Part shown: positions 6,864 through 10,091 of the stretch, piece after piece
Position numbering within the stretch: the stretch's first letter is position 1
Layout of the letters: every line of letters starts with the position of its first letter
Assembly (NCBI GenBank): GCA_041497675.1
Contig: JBGQGY010000125.1
Location: 1-10,091, forward strand
Reading direction: 5' to 3'
Length of the DNA stretch: 10,091 nucleotides
DNA from: a bacterium
Lineage (GTDB): Bacteria; Sysuimicrobiota; Sysuimicrobiia; Sysuimicrobiales; Humicultoraceae
Position numbers and translations under genes: made by a program
Notes under the pieces: model-generated
Seen by the model: only the letters and a program-made list of their open reading frames with translations
Databases searched by the model: none
Told to the model about the DNA's origin: nothing

Positions 6864-7790
6864 GTGGAAATCGCACCCGGGATTCACCGGATTGATCTGA
6901 CGTACGCCCCGCTTGGGCTGGCGACCTATGCCTTGCTCGGAGAACGCGTCGTGCTGGTCGATGCCGGCTACGCGGGCGCGGCCCCACAGATCGACGCGTA
7001 CCTCCGGCGCGTCGGACGAACACTCGCCGAGGTCTCGGCGTGTGTCTTTACGCACGCCCACGCCGATCACTATGGCGGCGCGTCGGAGGTTCGCGCCGCC
7101 GCGCCCCAGGTCACCTTCTGCGCGCATCCACTTGACCGCGCCTGGGTGGAGGACCCCGAAGCGCACATCCGTGAGAACTATCTCTGGCCGGAATCCTATG
7201 GGCTACCGCTGGCGCCGCAGGTGCTCGACCGCGTGCGGGGGATGCTGGGCCCGGGCGTGCAGGTGCAGACGATCCTCACCGATGGTGACACGGTCGACGT
7301 CGGGAGCGGCTGGCGCCTGGACGTCATGCACGCGCCCGGACACACCGCTGGGCACATCGCCCTGCACGATCGCCGGTCGAACAGCCTGGTCGCCGGTGAC
7401 GCGGTGCTGGAGCCGGCGGTGCTCCCCCCGTCGTATTTCGACGCGCTGATCTACATCGACACGCAAGATCGGTTGTCGCGGATCGGCGTGAACCGGCTGC
7501 TGGGCTGCCACTATCCTGTGAAAGAGGGGCGCGACGCCGGCGAGTTCATCCGTCGCGCGCGCGAGCATGCCGTGGAGTGTCACCGTGTCGTCGGCGACGT
7601 CATGACAAGTTCTCCGCAGCCGGTGCATCTGGTCGTGATCGCAGAAGCTCTGCGAGGCCATTTCGGTCTCGGTGACGCGCCGCAGCGCTGGGTATGGTGC
7701 GCGCAAGGCCATCTGGCGGCGCTGGAACGAACGGGTGACGTCATCCGGCGGCCGCATGACGGCCTGCCGGCCTGGGAGAGACGACGGTGA
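6864..7790 (+). CDS. MBL-fold metallo-hydrolase
   Basis: VLVDAG, THAHADHYGG (HxHxDH), PGHTAGH, AGD and a late His (GCHYP). GGAGG SD at 6855-6859 precedes the GTG start. Confidence 0.9.
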   Translation: MEIAPGIHRIDLTYAPLGLATYALLGERVVLVDAGYAGAAPQIDAYLRRVGRTLAEVSACVFTHAHADHYGGASEVRAAAPQVTFCAHPLDRAWVEDPEAHIRENYLWPESYGLPLAPQVLDRVRGMLGPGVQVQTILTDGDTVDVGSGWRLDVMHAPGHTAGHIALHDRRSNSLVAGDAVLEPAVLPPSYFDALIYIDTQDRLSRIGVNRLLGCHYPVKEGRDAGEFIRRAREHAVECHRVVGDVMTSSPQPVHLVVIAEALRGHFGLGDAPQRWVWCAQGHLAALERTGDVIRRPHDGLPAWERRR

Positions 7791-8527
7791 GACTCAAAGG
7801 GAAAGTGGCGATCGTCACGGGGGGCGCGGCCGGGATCGGGCGGGCCACTGCCGCCCTGTTCGCGCGCGAAGGCGCACGCGTCACGATCGGAGACATCGAT
7901 CGGCCCCGTGGCGAAGCCACCGCGGCGGAGATCACGGCGGCCGGGGGAGATTGTCTCTTCGTCCCCTGCGACGTCGCGCAGGCCGCGGACACCGAGAACC
8001 TGGTTCGCACCACGGTCGCGACCGGCGGGCGCTTGGACGTCTTGATCAACAACGCGGCGCTCTTGAGCGGCTTTGGCAACGTCGTGGACTGCTCGCTGGA
8101 GGACTGGAACCGATCTATTGGCATCGGTCTGACGGGCATGTTTCTCTGCTCGAAATATGCCGTACCGGCGATGAGTCAGGGCGGCAGTATCATTAACTTG
8201 GCGTCGGTCGGCGCCGTGCTGCCGTTCCCCGATCAGGCCCCATACGTGACGATTAAGGCCGGTGTGGTCCAGCTCACCCGGTCTATGGCCATCGACTTTG
8301 GCCGGCGCGGCATCCGGGTCAACGCCATCGCGCCCGGCGCCATCGACACCCACCCGGTCACCGAGGAACACCTTCGGTTTCAGATCGCACGCAGCGTGTT
8401 GGGCCGCAAAGGGCGGCCGGAAGACGTCGCTCAGGCGGCCCTATTCTTGTGCAGCGATGAGGCCACATTCATCACCGGCGTGTGTCTACCGGTCGACGGC
8501 GGCTACCTGTTGGCGAAATTCCGCTAG
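7787..8527 (+). CDS. Classical short-chain dehydrogenase/reductase (SDR), probably NAD(H)-preferring
   Basis: TGGAAGIG (TGxxxGxG), acidic residue after strand 2 (GDID), NNAA, catalytic S (NLAS) and YVTIK (YxxxK), IRVNAIAPG, VDGG. GTGA overlap with the MBL stop. Confidence 0.92.
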   Translation: MRLKGKVAIVTGGAAGIGRATAALFAREGARVTIGDIDRPRGEATAAEITAAGGDCLFVPCDVAQAADTENLVRTTVATGGRLDVLINNAALLSGFGNVVDCSLEDWNRSIGIGLTGMFLCSKYAVPAMSQGGSIINLASVGAVLPFPDQAPYVTIKAGVVQLTRSMAIDFGRRGIRVNAIAPGAIDTHPVTEEHLRFQIARSVLGRKGRPEDVAQAALFLCSDEATFITGVCLPVDGGYLLAKFR

Positions 8528-8991
8528 CCGCGCTCGATCCGAAGACGCTGCGGACCGTCTCGACGCACGCGCCGGCAGGCTTCCGCGAAGTCGGGCCAAT
8601 CGTACTTCCAGTCGCCCGGGATGCGCGCGAACAGGCTCGCAAACGTCGACACACCTTCCCACCCTTTCAGGATGACGCCCCGCCCGTACACCAGGCAGAT
8701 CTCGCCCACGGGCTTTGGACTCTGGACGCTGCCGCCTGGATCGAAGAAATAGAGAATCTCACCGGGCAGCGGGATTTGTGTCTGGTTCTGCTGTGGCGTG
8801 CTCAACGGGTCAATGAGAATGAACACCTCGGCGCCCGAGAACTGCCCGTGGAGCGTCGTGTTTTCCTGCGGCAGCGACTCCCACACTTTCTGGCAGACCG
8901 TCGGGGCCTCATCCTCGAGCAGTTCGGCGACGGCGGACTCGCCGGTCTTGATAAACGTGAGCCGGATATGACGGCGCGTCGGTTTCATCAT
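8524..8991 (-). CDS. DUF3830-like protein (cyclophilin-like fold, unknown function)
   Basis: Pattern A.LLEDEAP.VC..VW..LP, HGQFSGAE, N.T..P.PGEILYF, EI..VYGR resembles DUF3830 as I recall it. AGGGAG SD precedes GTG-ATG-ATG, so the start is 8994, 8991 or 8988. Confidence 0.7.
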   Translation of the reverse strand: MMKPTRRHIRLTFIKTGESAVAELLEDEAPTVCQKVWESLPQENTTLHGQFSGAEVFILIDPLSTPQQNQTQIPLPGEILYFFDPGGSVQSPKPVGEICLVYGRGVILKGWEGVSTFASLFARIPGDWKYDWPDFAEACRRVRRDGPQRLRIERG

Positions 8992-8999
8992 CACGCTCC

Positions 9000-10091
9000 C
9001 TATTCGTTGACCTGCCATGCGCGTAGCGTATCGGGGTCGAGCCGCACGCCCAGCCCTGGGGTGTCAGACGCATACAGCATGCCACGTTCAATCCGGGGCC
9101 CGGGGTTGACGATGTCCCGGGCGTAGCGCAGCGGGCCGAACGTCTCGCACGGGTACGGGAGATTCGGCAGCGAGACGGCGAGGTGCGCGGCCGCCGCGGT
9201 GCCGATACCCAGTTCGGCCTGGCTGCCGATGATGCAGGGGATGTCGAGCGCGCGGGCCAACGCGAAGATCTCGGCCGCGGCCATCAAGCCCCCGGCCTCG
9301 ACCACGTAGACGTTCCAGACGTCGGCCGCCTCGGCCCGGGCCACCGCGTACGCGTCACGAAGGGTCTGCAGGCTTTCGTCGGCCATGATGGGCACGCCGG
9401 TACGCTGGCGCAGCAGCCGCAGGCCGTCCAGGTTTGCGCGGCCCAGTGGCTGCTCGACCCAGGCGATCTTCGCCTCAGCGGCGAGCGCGCGGATCGCGTT
9501 GGCGGCTTCGGGCACCGTCCGCCAGGCCATGTTGGCGTCCAACCGCAGTGGGATGTCGGCCCCCACGGCCTTGGCCACGGCGCGCACCGCGGCAACGTCG
9601 TCGCGCAACTCGCGTCCCACTTTCAGTTTGATCGCGTGGAATCCGGCGGCGATTCCGGCGGCGGCATCCTCGGCCATGTCCTGGGGACTCTTCTGGTAGA
9701 TCCCCCAGGCCAGCGGTACGCTGTCGCGCGCGCGACCGCCGAGCAACTGATAGACGGGCACGTTGTAGTGGCGGCCGGTCAGATCGAGCAGCGCCATCTC
9801 AAAGGCTGCGCGCAGGTACGGCGCGCTGAGCTCACCGGCCAGCGTGTCATCGATCAAACGCAACGCCTGTGGGATGGCCAGCGGATCGACGCCGATCAAT
9901 CGCGGCGCGAGGAGACGGCGGGCCGCGTGGCAGAGCGAAAACCCGATGCGCGGATACGTGATCGAGATCTCGCCGAGTCCCTCGACACCGGCGTCGCTCT
10001 CGAGACGGATGATGCCGAACTCCGAGGCCGTCACGGCGCCGGCCGTGGTGGTCCCCGAGCGCACCGCTTCCTTTCGCGGCGCGCGCACCGC
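9000..10091 (-). CDS. Mandelate racemase/muconate-lactonizing enzyme family protein, muconate cycloisomerase-like (5' truncated by window)
   Basis: G.EGLGE, AAFEMALLDL.G....VPVYQLLGG capping-domain motif, KLK, metal ligands DAN / EQP / DES, ETFGP, PGLGV. The frame stays open to the window end. Confidence 0.9.
   Translation of the reverse strand, partial: AVRAPRKEAVRSGTTTAGAVTASEFGIIRLESDAGVEGLGEISITYPRIGFSLCHAARRLLAPRLIGVDPLAIPQALRLIDDTLAGELSAPYLRAAFEMALLDLTGRHYNVPVYQLLGGRARDSVPLAWGIYQKSPQDMAEDAAAGIAAGFHAIKLKVGRELRDDVAAVRAVAKAVGADIPLRLDANMAWRTVPEAANAIRALAAEAKIAWVEQPLGRANLDGLRLLRQRTGVPIMADESLQTLRDAYAVARAEAADVWNVYVVEAGGLMAAAEIFALARALDIPCIIGSQAELGIGTAAAAHLAVSLPNLPYPCETFGPLRYARDIVNPGPRIERGMLYASDTPGLGVRLDPDTLRAWQVNE

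Noticed and set aside
6864..7790. MBL-fold gene as a metallo-beta-lactamase resistance gene
   Set aside because: There is no signal peptide, the context is metabolic, and HxHxDH is shared across the whole superfamily.

Overview
GC-rich bacterial DNA, densely coding, that reads as a metabolic/catabolic island. On the + strand are the 3' end of a succinate dehydrogenase/fumarate reductase (complex II)-type flavoprotein, its Fe-S subunit and two small membrane anchors (order A-B-C-D), coupled directly to a Gfo/Idh/MocA oxidoreductase. A ~460 bp spacer between convergent genes follows; it is partly AT-richer and carries a palindrome, a strong SD, a tiny ORF and several hairpins. Next is a - strand Dpp/Opp-type ABC cassette (permease B, permease C, Tat-exported binding protein) with no ATPase gene. 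It is divergent from a + strand MBL-fold metallohydrolase and an SDR. The window ends with a - strand DUF3830-like protein and a 5'-truncated muconate cycloisomerase-like enolase-superfamily enzyme in which the usual strand-6 Lys appears to be Tyr. I saw no RNA genes, CRISPR array or mobile element. The best candidate for an undescribed system is a catabolic pathway for an unknown small organic acid, using a divergent complex II-like enzyme and a variant MLE-subgroup enzyme. That is inference: family calls come from motifs recognised by eye and no searches were run.
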